A stretch of DNA of 64,000 nucleotides from Eutreptiella sp. 'Long Island Sound 2002' (GCA_964036045.1 OZ038379.1:48298001-48362000), one strand, 5' to 3'; positions 37,725 to 51,526 are shown, counted from the first letter of the stretch. Numbers and translations: made by a program. The notes: generated by a model not told the origin, from the letters alone.

Positions 37725-38659
37725 AAAGGCAGCTAAGCCCCTTTCCACGCATCATTAAAATGCTCAGAAAATAGAGACATGCAATTGGGCTATTGGTCAC
37801 TGTCACTGTCACTGTCACTATCGCAGCTCCTGTGTTGTCGATCATCGGCTTCCATGTCAGCAATCTTGAGTGCATACACAGGACAGAGCGTCAGCCGACA
37901 CCGTGTCTCATCTCTACGTTGCGCATTCACACTGCATGGGGGACATTGCATGGAAATCACATCCTCACATGCAACTCCATCATTGAGCTACTACTCAAAA
38001 AAGCATGAAAAAAGCGGCAGAAAAAGTGCCAAAAAAAGCGCCCCGGAATTGAACCGCCGACTTTTCAATTACTACCCTCTACATTTACCACAACGGTACA
38101 ACAGATTTCTGCACATAAGGCAGTCTGGGGGCATAGAGCTTGTTCCTTCCCAAAAAAGTTTGACATATTGTGGGTTTCCAAATTTTTGGGGACAACCCAT
38201 CTCCATACCCGTGGCCCCCCTCCCCCCGGGTAGTATATTTTGCCCACTAACCATTAGCCTAGATTCCGCACTAGGTACCGAAATTTTTGAAAACTATCTT
38301 AACACTGCCTTGAGCCGCAGCTAGACAAGGGGATGTCCAACGGCGTAGGAGACAGTATAAGGCATGGAACTGCTGCCAAAAATTTGGGGCCCTTCCTAGT
38401 GGGTTCTACTGTTCAGAAATTGAGTGACGCGACGTACGAATCTTCCTCAATGTGAGCAAGATTGCAAAAGCTTCTGCAAATTTCCGCCACACAAAGCATT
38501 TCTAGCCAGCCCTTTGGCTCTCGACAGAAAAGCTCCATCAACTGGAGCATAGACGACATTAATAGTAAGAGGTGAGACAATAAGAAGTGTACATAACAAG
38601 AAAGGAGCATTGTGGGATAGTACGGATAATGACAACCTTCAAACACACTAACACACCAA

Positions 38660-38960
38660 ACCTAGGAGAAGTTTCGGCTAGATGCATTGGACACAAGAAA
38701 AAAAAATAGCAATATTTGGGGGAAGTAGAAAAGCTGGGAGAAATTTCGACCACACCTAAAGAAATAAGAAAGAACAATACGCAACAGGTAGGGAACAACA
38801 AAAAATGGGAGAAATTTCGCCCAGCCTTCAGAGAATTGTAAATAGGTAAGCCTATTTGAAATGAAACTAAAAAGGCTGGCAGACTTTTCAGCCAGACCGA
38901 ATGAAATTGAACGTATTGTCATGGTAACACAAAAGCTAGGAGAAATTTTGGCTAGCTTCG
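38660..38960 (+). repeat. Spaced copies of a ggagaaattt(c/t)g motif
   Basis: taggagaagtttcggc, tgggagaaatttcgac, tgggagaaatttcgcc and taggagaaattttggc in an AT-rich context. Confidence 0.6.
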
Positions 38961-40700
38961 AAAAAACCTCGAATATGGTACCCCAAACGATATTCACAGT
39001 TAATGTGACCACAATATACGCTATTTCAATCCATATCTCACAAGGTTGGTAACAACGTTGCTAAGATATGTGAAAGAGCATGCAGAAAATAGACAACTCT
39101 TTCACTCTGATTTTGTGCCTATATGGCGTTACAGAAGGCGGGCAGTTTGTGACGCCTAAGCATTGCACGAATGGCAACTGTTTCAATACAACCCTCAAAA
39201 CAGCAGGACAATGCGCTTTGCCCGGCGCCAATATCCAATGCTAGGGCTGGGGACATGGGAAGGGGCCTCCTATGGAATGTTCAAAATGCTCTTTGGCAGG
39301 TCCGTGCCCAACAATCATTGTGTTGGAGCCTCAAGCTGTTGTGCGGTCACTCACCAAAGGCTACGCCCCGTAGCCTCCGGCTTAACCACGTGGGTACAGG
39401 TGGCTAGGATATTGTACTTCATCATCATCGTCTTTCCCGCCCAATGCAAAACTTGTGATGCCACTAGTAAGTCAAATGGCAAGTACTATGCACGGACCGT
39501 TGCCACACTACCTTGCATCTCACTTACCCCCGTGTTAACAAACTCTCCCTTTATGCGTAACATCAGATATGTTAAAAAAAGCAGAGGTATGCACGGTTGT
39601 TTTTGTGGTTGCAAAATGCAACCACAGTGTCTTACAGCTGCACATAGTCTACCTCGTGCCGGGGCTAAGCTTCGAGGGCGGGATCTTCAATGAACAGCAA
39701 ACAACATCAGTATAGCGCCTTCCGGGGGGTGCCCAAACAAGGGGGACAAACCAACATTGGCTACAAAAGCCATGCCTTCTTGGGTCCCCATGCTGAGGGA
39801 AGATCAATGTGGCTACGTCACCCCTTGCTGCTTTAGGTCCCATAGGGGGAAAGGATCAACATGGCTACATCAGCCCGACCTTCCCCGGTGGAGACGGGTC
39901 AAAGTGGCTCCATAACCCCTGCCTTCTCGGGGGTCCCCATGGTGGGGAAGGATCAATCTGGCTACAAAATACATAAATGGGGATCTCCAATAGGGGGGAA
40001 ATGTTTTAAAGGTCCCGGCCATAGTACAAGCTAATATGGCCAAATTGGCTGGCGCCATAGGCGCCAGACAATTTTGGTGTGTCATTTGAAGGGGCTAGTA
40101 AGACATGTCACCGCACGTATTTACACTAAAAATGCTCAGTTTTTTTTTTGGGGGGGGGGGGCTTTCTCTGGCCCCCAAGAAGGCAACATTGGTGCCGCCA
40201 CTTCTGATTTTGTGGCCCCCTAGAGGGGGGGTTGGTGGGGTCAACGACTGCACTTGGGCACCCACCGTGATGGGGGGGGGGGGCTGTCAAGGGCTACAAC
40301 TGCCCCCCCCCCCATGGAGCTGAACATGGATGGCGTTTGTGCAAATCAAGCTTGTAGGGCATATTTTGGGTTGTTTCCGAGGTTAAGCGCAAAATGTGCC
40401 AGTGGTGTGCATTCGTGCTGCCGCAGGGTCCCAACTTCATACTCCCCCTGCGGGCATTCCCCGGAACACGTGTCCATGTTTTCTTGAGCCTTCCATGAGA
40501 TGTCTCGGTGTCTGCCTTCGAGCGGTCCACAACCACATGCGCTTGCATCACCGCAGGACCTTGTGTTCTTTCCTAGAATCCCCTGCTATTGAGGGATTCG
40601 GACAGGCCCAGGACTATTTGTTGCCACGCCGTGATATTGGGACGAGCTTGGCCACCTTGGGCCCCGAAAGATGTAATAGTTTCTGAAATGTGCCGCTACA

Positions 40701-42321
40701 ATGCTGTGCCCCACTTCGTACTTCAATTCAGTGGCGCTACTATGGTACATTCGGGCACTTGTGTATGCTTTTTGTTTGGTTTGGGAGGTAGACTCCGTGC
40801 TTGCGAGAAACAAAACTAGTGCGGCCGCTGCTTTTGGCACGGCCACCTCAAACACCAAGTCGGTGAATTTACCCACGGCGGAGTCAAATTATATTGCTTT
40901 GGGTGGCAATGATGATGATGGTGCTGTAGAATATGAAGAAATCGATTTACTAGATGATGAAATGTCAATTTTTTTCCCTTACTGATTTTTGGAAGCTTGG
41001 AACTGTTCACGGGACCCGGATTTTGATCGGTTGAATATTAAGAAGACAATGGAGAATAACCCATATGTGGCCAAAATTTTTCATAAGGCTCAGGATAACA
41101 GTCGGAATCAAGATAGCAAACAATATTTAGATAAAACGGTGAAGGAATGGCAACAAAAATTGCTACATGCATTCCGAATGTTAGGCAATCTTTCTAGCTC
41201 GGATGGCTCCAATCACTTACACACGCTTGTTTTGCAAATTTTTCATGTGTTGGCAGATCTTGAGGAATCAATGTATACCTTTCAGAAAACACAAAGCATT
41301 AAAGGTTCGGTAGCCCATTCTACTCAACTTTTCAACTAGGAGGGCCTTGCAAAAGCTGCATTAGCCGCAAAGATTAACACGTTGAGCCGTGCATCCGGTT
41401 TTGAGGGCGGCGAGGGGCACAAGGGCGGACGTGGGTGGGGATCCGTGTTTTGATCCTTTGGTAAGGGGGGTTACAGCCACACCTATGGTCAAGGTTTCGA
41501 GAACCCCGGCAAGCCCTTCTCGCCTCCCGACACCACCGGCCCGCCACCTTAGGGATGTCAATGACTCCCAAGAGCCCTTGTACATGCAACTGTGTCGCCG
41601 TTTCACTTCGCGGCAAGCAAAAACACGCAAAACCCAAGGTGCCAATTTGGCTTCTTCGCACGTTGAGTGCAGCTGTTTCGTTGCAAAAGAAAACTTCACG
41701 AGCGCTCCGCTGAAGACGAAAATATGCTTTGCATATGATAGAGGAATACCTTGCGATCTCCACGGTTCGAGTGTTGTTTCATGTTCCCAAGAACCTAATT
41801 CCATGGCTCGTCGTCTATCATCCAAAACCACGTTTAATTTCAAATCGCCATCAATGATCGTTTGGAGCCGCTGTCGTATTTCAAACTTCCCAATGGGACC
41901 AATGTTTTCCATTTTTCGTGCCATGGTCTCTAATGATGGATTTAAAACACGCCTATGTTTTTTCGGCGCTTTGGCAGGAACTCCAAGACCTTTTCACTTT
42001 TGGTATCGGCCACCAATACTTTCAATGCTGCAGCGCTTGCTTTGGCCTGCATCACATCCCATACCTTTAGAGCGAGCTCGTGAACTTTTGTTTCAGAAAG
42101 TGGCGGCGTAGCGAATCATCGCATTGATCTGTTTGGATGACATCATCATCTTATGTCCAACCAAAAAGTTTGTTTTGTCTGAGCGACGGACCAGTGTTCA
42201 AGACATATTGGATTCAAATCTCACTACTGGGGCATATCGTTGGACGCTAGATCCTTCTGAACCTCTCTCTGATACATTTGAACCCCAAATCAACCTAGCA
42301 GAGCAAACACGAGGGACATAA
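40701..42321 (+). mobile_element. DIRS/Ngaro-like retrotransposon remnant: gag-like ORF followed by RT
   Basis: ORFs 40701-40985 and 40989-41339 share a frame (gag-like). RT motifs follow across frameshifts: IPWLVVYHPKPRLIS, YFKLPN, MMDLKHAY (~41933-41956), FTFGIGHQYFQC...FGLHHIP and ALICLDDIIIL (LDD at 42133-42141). Confidence 0.75.
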
Positions 42322-42368
42322 ACCAGCAATAGAGGTTCTACTGGAGTCCAATAGAGTGTGAAACCAAT

Positions 42369-42520
42369 TAAGGATTGTAACCGGTTCTAGCGATTAACCG
42401 ATTAATCGATTAATCGCCGATTATCGTCCATAAGATTATAAAAATTGCATCGAATCGGTTATTCTCTTAAAAACAATCGCTATCGCATCGATTTTCTAAT
42501 CGGAAACTTATTTAATCAGA
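42369..42520 (+). mobile_element. hAT-like transposon terminus with CGATTAATCG subterminal repeats
   Basis: taaggattgtaaccggttctagcgattaaccgattaatcgattaatcgccgattatcg fits the (T/C)A(A/G)NG start plus short subterminal repeats. Partner end not found. Confidence 0.45.
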
Positions 42521-42670
42521 AATGCCGCCACGTTCCAGGCTTGCAGCGTGCCACGTTCGAGGATTGCAGCCAGCCACCTTCCAGAATTGTAGCGCGCCAC
42601 GTCCCAGGCTTGCAGCGCGCCACGTTCAAGGATTGCACCGCGCGACGTTCCGAGCTTGCGCAGCGCCATC
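42515..42670 (+). repeat. ~23-bp minisatellite (gccacgttccaggcttgcagcgc), about 6 copies
   Basis: Direct reading of the recurring gccacgtt / ttgcag pattern. Confidence 0.85.
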
Positions 42671-44359
42671 CGGGGTCCTCTGCGGCGATGCCTTTCTCTG
42701 CACTTGCATGCTAGCAGGCCTGGTCTGCACAACTGTTCGTCCCTTTGTCTGAAGTGTTGCGATTGTTGGGCTCACGGCTTCTGTAGGGTGTTTGGTAGTG
42801 CTTGCATCTCGGTGATTTAACTCGGTGAATCTGAAATCTGGCTGTGACGCCCATGTCTCGGCCAGCCCTGAAGCTTTGAACAGGGCTTTGTAGTGCTCTG
42901 CTGAGGTGCAAGTTTGTTTTGGTTGTCCCTTTTGAGCTGTTGTACCCCTTCAATGGATGGTCAGGCTGAGCGCTTTAGCAGACTTTGTCGAACTGTGTCT
43001 TAAGTCTGTCCTTAGGGCCCTCAGTTTCTCAGCGCCCCGTTACATGGATACTTATTGGTTTTTTTTGTCACAAAACACAAGTATCTTACTGTTTTCTTTG
43101 TGCAAAGCTTGCCAGAGTTAGCGTTATCTCTAAAAGGCTTTGTGGTTTGTTTATAATTTTTTCTTCGCAAAACTTGTTTCTGGCCAATGGATCAAAGTCC
43201 GTTGAGTTGAAATCCAAATGTTTCAAGTATCAGTGAATAGTAAACCCAATTCCTTTGTGTACTCACTTAGGTTGAAGGGGAGCCCCCAAAAGCCAGGTTC
43301 AACAATCGTTGACACCCAGGGTTAAAGCCTGGGGTTGAAGACCGTTGTAGCAAGCAAGCCTTGGAGTGAAGGGGAAGGAGACGTGTGGTGCCTGGTGCCA
43401 CCCTTCCTCCACGGCCCGTGCCAAAAAGCCTCACCTTTGGTGCAAGATTGGAGGCAATGTCATGCGGCCACAATCCAGGGGCCCAAACATGTCAAGAGTG
43501 GGGTCAGTGCACGGGTATTTCATAAAGCTTAGTACCGGACAAAGGAAAAACTTAGTAAAATGTGGTGAAACTTGATACAAACGATGTAAAACGAGGGGAA
43601 ACATGTCATTTTCATTGAGTTGCACCACACACTCCTTTTCACAATGTAACTTGTTGCAACCACTGAGCAGTTGCGTGTGGCGCAACCTTGCACATACCTT
43701 CAACGCACAAAAATTGGAAGCATGGAGGGCGTAACGAGCACAAAGACATTAAAGGCGCGGTGTGTAGAGCATGCCATCACAAAATCCACATGACACGGGG
43801 GGGGGGGGGGGGTTTTGGGTGTGGGGTGTCACCAACCCACAACCCAATGCTTTGTCGTGCACTGGAACCGCTGGAACCACTGGAACCACTGTAGTGCACA
43901 GCAACCTGTGCCATTTCACACAACAACCACAATCCATCTTGTGGTAGTTGCATCTTGCCATTGACAACAAGCCTAGATGAGGCACAATGCAACATCAAAA
44001 GACATGTTGGATGGCAACGCACACCATCATCTTGCTGGATGAAGGGGGAATACAAGGGTGCAATTGCAAAAGCAAGACTACCAAAACCACCCAAAAACTT
44101 CAGAGACACTTCTTAGGCTGTTGTGGTTGACTGCCTTCTTGCTCGGAAATCAAATCATAAACGGCCAACTCCTCCATGTTTGCATGTTTGCTGTCTTGAG
44201 CGCCCATGTGTGTGCAAAGTGGCGACACAACCTTTGCCGTCTGGGGGCTCCTGAAGCGCGGACGAAGCCAGAAGTGCCTACATAAGTCCCTCCTGTCTTG
44301 GGGCACCTAATGTGGGCAAAATGGCTACATAACCCCTACCATCTTGGGGGTCCCCAACA

Positions 44360-45570
44360 TGGAGAGGACACGGTAATTTCAATTTTCCGTAATTTAGTCA
44401 AAAATGTTTCACTGACTTTTTTACCCCGTCAAAAAAACTGGTAAGCTTTCTACTGGGTGGGAAAAATGTTCCGTTCTCCAAAACTTGTTCTGAGTAAAAT
44501 ACTTTTTCAATAAGTTTTGACAGTAGCAAAAACACAACCAAGATATGGCAAAACTTAGTAACAAAATATTTTTCACTCAGTTTCACAACTTGCTAAAAAT
44601 TCTTTTTGCAAAAAACTCTTTTGCTAAGTTTTCCCACATACCAATGGTTTGGGGTGGGCACTTGGGGCGGGGCCTGGCAAAGCAATACTTGGAGCGCAGA
44701 TAGGCCTCAAAGCCCTCTTCAAACGCTTGGCGTCCAATGTCATCAGGGCGCAACTTCATTTGCGGCGCATTGTCATTGGGGATCACAGTCGTGTTTACTT
44801 TCATGGTCTCACCACAGCGGAGGTCGAGGGTTTCCGATGCCGAGCCTGGGCAAATTGCGGGGGCGGGGGCTTGGGTACACATGAACCTCGGCAAACGCAG
44901 AGGTTGGAAGGCTCAGGGCACTGCGATTCTGAAGGCAGGCAATACACAGCGGCCCAAAGCTGAAAGCAAAGGTATGGGCTGTGGACGGAAATACAGCTGC
45001 AATTCATGTCGAGGGGGTACCGACACACATTGGGCAAACGCATGTCATGCACTGCGGTGTGTTGTGGTTTGTGGTTTGTTGCGGTGTGCATTGTGGCGTG
45101 CTGTGTATTGTGATATTGTGGTCTTCTGGTGTGTTGTGGTATGCTGCGGTAGTTTGTGGCCTGTGCACTGTCACCATACAAAGGAACTGCGCAAGCCCAG
45201 ACCCCAACTCTACATGTGTGCTTGTGCAGCAAAAAGTCAAATCAAATGCGTAATTGCAGGCAATACGTGTTGCATGCCGGCATAGTACCTGTGCAGCCAC
45301 CGCACCAGGAATGGTTGTCTGCTTGCAAATGGACATGCAACCAGATTGAAATGAATGAGTAACCAATGTGGCCGGCCCACCAAATTGTGTTCGCAGTACA
45401 GCGAACCTGGATTCAGGATTCTGGAGCTTCGCCATCATGTTCCCTTTTATGTCAGGAGATAAATTAAAAAATCGATTCTCATGGACCTTCGGAAACTTCC
45501 TGAACAATTGTTATAAATCGTAAGTGCCCAGAATGAATTAAATTACTCCAATTACACAACAACTCTAATC
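44360..45570. mobile_element. Possible hAT-type remnant
   Basis: gtaatt-rich inverted ends (cacggtaatttcaattttccgtaattt versus the reverse complement of aaattactccaattacac). Minus-strand VIPNDNAPQMK weakly resembles the hAT TDNAxNM motif. Confidence 0.25.
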
Positions 45571-45634
45571 GTAGAGCCCAAGGCACAGCCCGCTGTTGCC
45601 TGGAGGGCGGGGGGGCTCTGTTAGGGGCACATGT

Positions 45635-46385
45635 ACATGAAGACACATATGCACATGCATGCATGCATGTATGTACAAATGGAATGCATGCACAGATGTA
45701 CATACGTATGCATCTATGTATGTACATACGTAGGTACGTATGTCATATGCATGCACTTGCTCGTTGCTATGCAGCTGCAATGCTCTGTCTTGCCCCTACA
45801 CCCACAGCGGTCCAGTGAGCCAGCCGGTCGTGGCCAATGCTAATGCAACTAACGCTCTGCAGCTGCCACTGCCCCCAAAGCCTGGTTGGCTGGTATCCCC
45901 GCTTCTCTGGGTTCTCTGTCATGCTGTGGGCCACCTCCGGCAGCCCTGGCAGCCCTGGGACCCACGGGATCAAGCAAGGTAGGAACCACCTGCCTGTGCG
46001 GGATGCCCGGTAACTCTAGTAGACAGCATGATAAGTGATTATGACTATGACTATGACTATGTCATGCATGTATGTATGTACACGTATGGAAATATGTATC
46101 TGTGTATGCATGCATGCATGCATGCATGTATGTATATATGTATGTATGTATGTACGTACGTGTGCACATGCGTACGTATGTATGCATGCGCGGACCACCT
46201 GCCTGTGCATGATGCCCGGTAACTCTAGTGGAAGGCATGATAAGTGACTATGAATATGACTGTGACTATGTATGCATGCATGTATGTTTGTTTGTATGTG
46301 TGTATGCATGCATGCATGCATGCATGCATGTACGCGAACGTACGTACGTACGTACGTATGCATGCATGCATGCGTATATGTATCT
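45635..46385. repeat. (CATG/TACG/TATG)n microsatellites within a ~210-bp tandem duplication
   Basis: accacctgcctgtgc..gatgcccggtaactctagt...atgataagtga.tatga occurs at ~45986 and ~46195, each copy followed by gcatgcatgc/acgtacgt tracts. Confidence 0.9.
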
Positions 46386-47359
46386 ATTTTTTTTCGATGT
46401 CTTGCAGCAACCGGCGATGGACACCCCACGGCGACCTAACGCCGCGGGGGCACAGCAAAACCCTGGCCGGGGGCCGCCGGGGCTACCTAGAGGCACACAC
46501 CCTGCAGCATGTGAGGCGGCCGCTGGCAGCAAGGGCTCCCGCAGGTGCCCTAGCTGTCATGGGTCGGTGCGCGCCCTGTGTGCAGTGCTTAATGTATGCC
46601 GAGTGCACGGCGGGAAAGGGAGCCACGGGACACGGGGAGAAGCGAGAGGTGAGCCCTGAAAGGAGAAAGGTGAAGACGAGGGTAGGGGACCAGGTGCAAG
46701 GGGTGGAGGGTAGGAGGGGTGCCGCTATGAATGCCGTGCTAAGTGCTCACTAAGTGCATGCCGGTGGGGATGGGGACCAAGGCGCAAGAGCAGGGTGGCA
46801 GGGTTTGACACAACAAGAATGGGGGTGCGAGGGGCGGAGGGTGGGAAGCGTGCTGCGCACAGTGCCCTGCTAAGTGCTCGCTAAGTGCGTGCGTGCCACA
46901 GGGGCGTGGGCCGGGGTGGATTTGAGCCTAAAAAGGAGGCAGTGTGTTGCTCACACTCGGACCCTAAGAAGTGTTGTAAAACCTCGACAGGGTAAACACA
47001 ACTCGGTAATCAAGACTTATAGTAGGACCAAGTTGGGCCCTAGTTTTGTGGACAGCACACCAAAATTCATGATCCTTTCGGACTCTTGTTGTGCAGCTTG
47101 ACCACGCTTATTGCCTTGAGGTAATTTTGGAAATTGGAAAAGGGGGAAAACGAGAAAATGTATGGTTCTGATGTCGGGATACAACCTATAAGGTCGCAAT
47201 GACCGAACTTTCCTCCCCCGACTAGAGTAAATACCCGGTCTTAGGTGCTACCCTGCTCTGAAGGGTAGTTTGTATACTGGTGGATGCGCTTCCCAACGGC
47301 CGAAAGCGTAGCACCCGTTGCCCCCCACGATTGTGGCATGGGCACAACATTTATCTCTT

Positions 47360-47640
47360 GGTTGGCAAAACCAAACCACACCCACAAGATTGCAAGTTAC
47401 TGGGCAGGACCAAACCACACCCATGATAATGTGACATTGATGAACTTCCAGTCTTGCCACTTGTGTCTTGATGGGTAGGACTTGCTGCCCCACACGATGG
47501 ATTTGTTTGTTCATGAGAAGGACCAAACCACACTCACAAGATTGTAACGAACTAGGCAGGACCAAACCCCATGCATCACCTTGATGAGCTTGTTGCTTTA
47601 CCAATGGTGTCTTGACGGGCAGGACCAAGGTGCCAAATGA
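47360..47640 (+). repeat. Short dispersed repeats of caggaccaaaccacac
   Basis: The motif recurs about 5 times; twice it continues as cacaagattg. Confidence 0.7.
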
Positions 47641-48984
47641 TGACCTTGGACACTTGACCGAGTTTTTGTTGATGGGTGGCACCAAATGATGCCTATTGCT
47701 TTGAAACTCTTTGGGATGAAACATGATGGTTGCGCTGATGATGATAGGCTGAGGGTTGGGGGTGGGTGTTAGAGTCAAGGTTGGGTTTAAGGATAGTGTT
47801 GGGGTGCAAATTGGACAAAATTTTCCTTAGGGCACCTTTGGTGTTCATGTAGCATCCGGCGCCTTAGGCACCCATGGACACCTGAGGGCAACATCTTTGG
47901 CAACTAACTGTTGGCCGAAGGCCCCTAGGGGGGGGGAGGGGGGGGCAGGAGTAGTTGGCGTCCCAGGACCCCTGGAGTCGCCCCCCCCCCCCCCCCCCCC
48001 CGTGCAAATCCCCCATCTTTTCCCGTGCCACTGCCATAGGACTCCATGGGCCACCATCGCGCTCGGAGGTGGCAGCGGCCTAGGGGACGAGGGTGCACAG
48101 CGGCTTTGTAGCCGCCACTATTCAGTGGCTAACACCGTGGCACCGGTGTTAGTTCCTCGGTAGTGGAAACACAGGCCCCACGGATAGGACACGTTGCCCC
48201 CCCCCCCCCCCTCACTGGTAGTTAGGTGCCGAAACAGGGGCCCTCCCCTCGTCCAAGGCGGTGGATGGCGCAATAAGCCTTCGAGGCGTACGGTAAGTCC
48301 TCCCCCGCCCACACCTCTTTATCAGCCTCACCACCTAGGTACGTATCTCATCTTGTAAGTACGGGCACAGGAGGGACAGGCACGGGTCACTGTCGACGAC
48401 GCCGAGACAAGGTGACTACCGCCAAGGAATTGTGGTGGGTAGCACGCTTAGCAGCGTCTGCAGGCCGCTAGGGCCAACAAATCTGTACCCGACCTACCCC
48501 CGTATATTTTTGGCCCTTATCAATGCCGATCCCTTACCCATTGGTAATTCTTGCCCTTGCTTCGCATACTGCCATGTAGAGGGGAACACGGGGCGAAGGC
48601 ATCGCATAAACACCCAAGGAGGGCCTGTGCTTTGCAGATTATCGTGCGAGGGGAAGAAGCAAGGGAGAGCGGCAGGGGCAAAGGCCGCAAGGGAGTGACC
48701 AGAGGCCACGGGACCACATACTGCCTTGCAGAGTGCCTTGCACAGTGTCAAACGAAGGGGAGGCCGGGTTTTCGTTTTCGGGGCTCAATTGATGGGACCC
48801 CCCAAATACCCGAAAACCGACCCAGGGCATCCGTGGTTCCAATGTCGGTGGCACTTTTGTTTAAGGACACAAGGCCCCCGGTTAATTATGGCTGCATGTA
48901 TGCAGCGCCCCACCATGGCCTCCTATTTGAAACAACTGGAGTTAGTCAGATCTAGAGTAGCCAGTAGAGTCACAGTCAGAGTCA

Positions 48985-49115
48985 GTGACAGGGGCCACAC
49001 AACAAAGCGTGGATTGCGAGTCCCTAACCCCGACCCACACAACAAAGCGTGAATTGAGAGTCCCTAACCCCAACTCAAGGAGCCACGCAACAAAGCGTGC
49101 ATTGAGAGTCCCTAA
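48985..49115 (+). repeat. ~39-45-bp repeat x3 containing CCCTAA
   Basis: acaacaaagcgtg(g/a/c)attg(c/a)gagtccctaa(cccc) three times. Confidence 0.85.
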
Positions 49116-49460
49116 GGGTGCGTGCCTCCCATCCACGCTCCACCACACGGGCAGAGAGGCACGTGAGCAAGGATGGGTGCCTCACATCCACGCTGCAGCG
49201 CATGGGCAGAGGAGCACGTGAGCAAGGGTGGTGCCTCCCATCCACGCTCCATCGCATGGGCAGAGAAGCACGTGAGCAAGGGTGGGTGCCCCGCATCCAC
49301 GCTGCAGCGCATGGGCAAAGAGGCACGTGAGCAAGGGTGTGTGCCTCCCAGCCACGCTCCAACGTGTGGGCCGAGAGGCACATGACCAAGGGTGGGTGCC
49401 TCCCATTAAAACGCTCCAGCGCATGGGCAGAGAGGCACGTGAGCAAGGGTGGGTGCAAAG
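49116..49460 (+). repeat. ~55-bp minisatellite, 6-7 copies
   Basis: gggtgcctcccatccacgct(g/c)cagcgcatgggcagagaggcacgtgagcaagggt. Confidence 0.9.
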
Positions 49461-49559
49461 GGGACAAAGTTTTCAAAAGAAACTCCCGAAAAACGTGTAC
49501 CTTGGCCTTTTCTTCCTAGGAAGATCCTCGTGTCGGAGCAACGTCCCCAGTGAAAGGAG

Positions 49560-50800
49560 CAAACCTCGCACACGGTCAGCCCTCGCTGACAGGGGGTGAC
49601 TTGAACGTCTGCCTGGGGTCCCCGGATCTCCCCACCAGGAAGAGGTTCGTCGCGCTGTGGGAGCGGTCTAGGTTCCTTAGGCCCGGGCACTCGGTGGGGG
49701 AGACCGCCAACCAACACGCGATTGCCGCCAATTGGACTCCTTCTTGCTCAATGCGCCACTGGTCCTTGGGTAATGAGTGAACGCCCGTACCTTGCACGAG
49801 GGAGGCTTGCTACGGCGCCAAGATGTGACCATGGCCCGGTAGTCCTGTGTATCCCGCCGGCGGTGGCTAGGATCACTAGCATGGCCCACTTGCACGCTCA
49901 AGGCCGGCTGCACACCATGCGCTTGGACTCGCTTGGGGTTGGAAAGGTGGCTGACGTGCTGCAAAGGGCCTGCGATGACCCAACCCTAAAGGTGTGGATA
50001 TCGTCGTATTGAAATACAGCCACCATGGACACACCAACGGTGGAGGCTGTCTTCGACCTGCTCCACGCCTTCTGTGACAATGTGTGACGAGTCATGGGGC
50101 TGTCAATGCCGTCCGGGGTTGACCCGCAGTACCCCTTTGAATAGGCGGAGACAGAAGCATCTTTGTCCCACGTCGTTACGGATCAGAAGGCCCTCTCGTG
50201 GCGTGCCACGGAGCCGTGGAAGAGGGACGCGGGTGCGGAAGGTGGCGCCTCTCGGGAAGCTACCTGAGGCGGGTAGACCCGAGCTTGTCCCCTGCCACAA
50301 TGGATGATGTGCGGGAGGCTCTGGATTAGCATCTTCAGCGGCTTGACCATCGAGTGGAGGAGTTGTGTGGTGTCCTTCGATGAAACCACCGTAGGTCCAT
50401 CAAGGACTACCGGAGGGGCAGGGTTCGAGATCTGCAGCTGCGGTGGGTGGCAATCCGGGGAGCCATCAACGTGGTCAGCTACGCCCCTTCCAGCTTGTGG
50501 TCGGTGCGGGTCCGAGAGTCGGAAAAGCTCCTCATGGAGGCCTTGGAAGTTATCAGGCAAGTCCAAGGGTACTGGAAGTGTTGTACACCAAGCGACCCGT
50601 GAACCTCCCAGGCCTTAAGAGGCCGGTCCAAGCACACATCCCTTGCGGAGTGCCTGATGAGTGGAGGTTAGTGCATGATTGCTGCTTGCAGGCACTCCGA
50701 GATCCCGTAAACTATGCGGTGGCTGAGGGCAGGGCGCCGGGGTCCAACAGGGTCACGGCGGCCCTCATCGAGGAGTTGCTTGTGTGGTGTCCCCTAGAAG
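49560..50800 (-). mobile_element. Possible retroelement RT remnant
   Basis: VAVFQYDDIHTF in track ORF 49898-50095 resembles FQY(L)DDI. Other motifs were not convincingly found. Confidence 0.3.
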
Positions 50801-51526
50801 GGGGTGCAGGAACCCCCCCCCAAAAAAATAGGGTGCCGCCCCCCCCCCCTCCCCGAGCCCTCTAATTGGTGCACTGGGTACCTGGGGTCGTTCGGGTAAT
50901 AGAATCATCGGACGGCCGCGTCAGGGTTTCTCCAAAGTCTCCATGGGCATTTTTCCATTTAGGTTCGTGACCACTTCCTGGGTACTTCTTGACTACTTCC
51001 TCATTTACTTCCTGATCCGAAAGGGGATCCTGAATATACATCCTGACCACACTTCCTGATCAGAAAGTACTTGCTGAATCGAATTTCCTATGACACTTCC
51101 CGATTGTGCATTGTGTTTTGCTTCGCGTAGGTCGGTTGTGGTTTGGGTCACAAATCAAACGAACACCAAGTTATGCGGTGGAACTTGCAATCATTGTTCG
51201 GTATTCATTCACACACAACAATCTTCCTTTCCCCTCAAACCTCCCTTCTCTTCTCTTCTTCAACATGTCCACCGTCCCCCCCGTCGTTTCACGGTGGCTC
51301 TCCGCCACCGCAGAGTGCGTCGGCACGCGGACCATATCGCCCGCGCAAGGGGATTAGGAAGACTGACTTTTCAACCGGCCATTACTGTGGGGAGGATCTT
51401 CGCAAGGCGGTCAGTGGTCACAGATGTCACGCCCGGACTCATATCGGACTTCGTAGTCCGTGTGTTCCATCACAATGCGGAGTTGCGTACGGTGGTGGTG
51501 CGCTTCAACAATACGGATATCCCTAG

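Noticed and set aside
42711-44285. BED or SWIM zinc fingers of a hAT/MULE transposase
   Set aside because: The required Cys/His spacing could not be reconstructed in any frame.
45565-46753. Met/His/Cys-rich ORFs
   Set aside because: These are translations of (CATG/TACG)n microsatellites.
16180-48210. Long G/C homopolymer runs as functional G-quadruplex sites
   Set aside because: They sit mostly within dispersed repeats, and their exact lengths may reflect sequencing error; there is no independent support.
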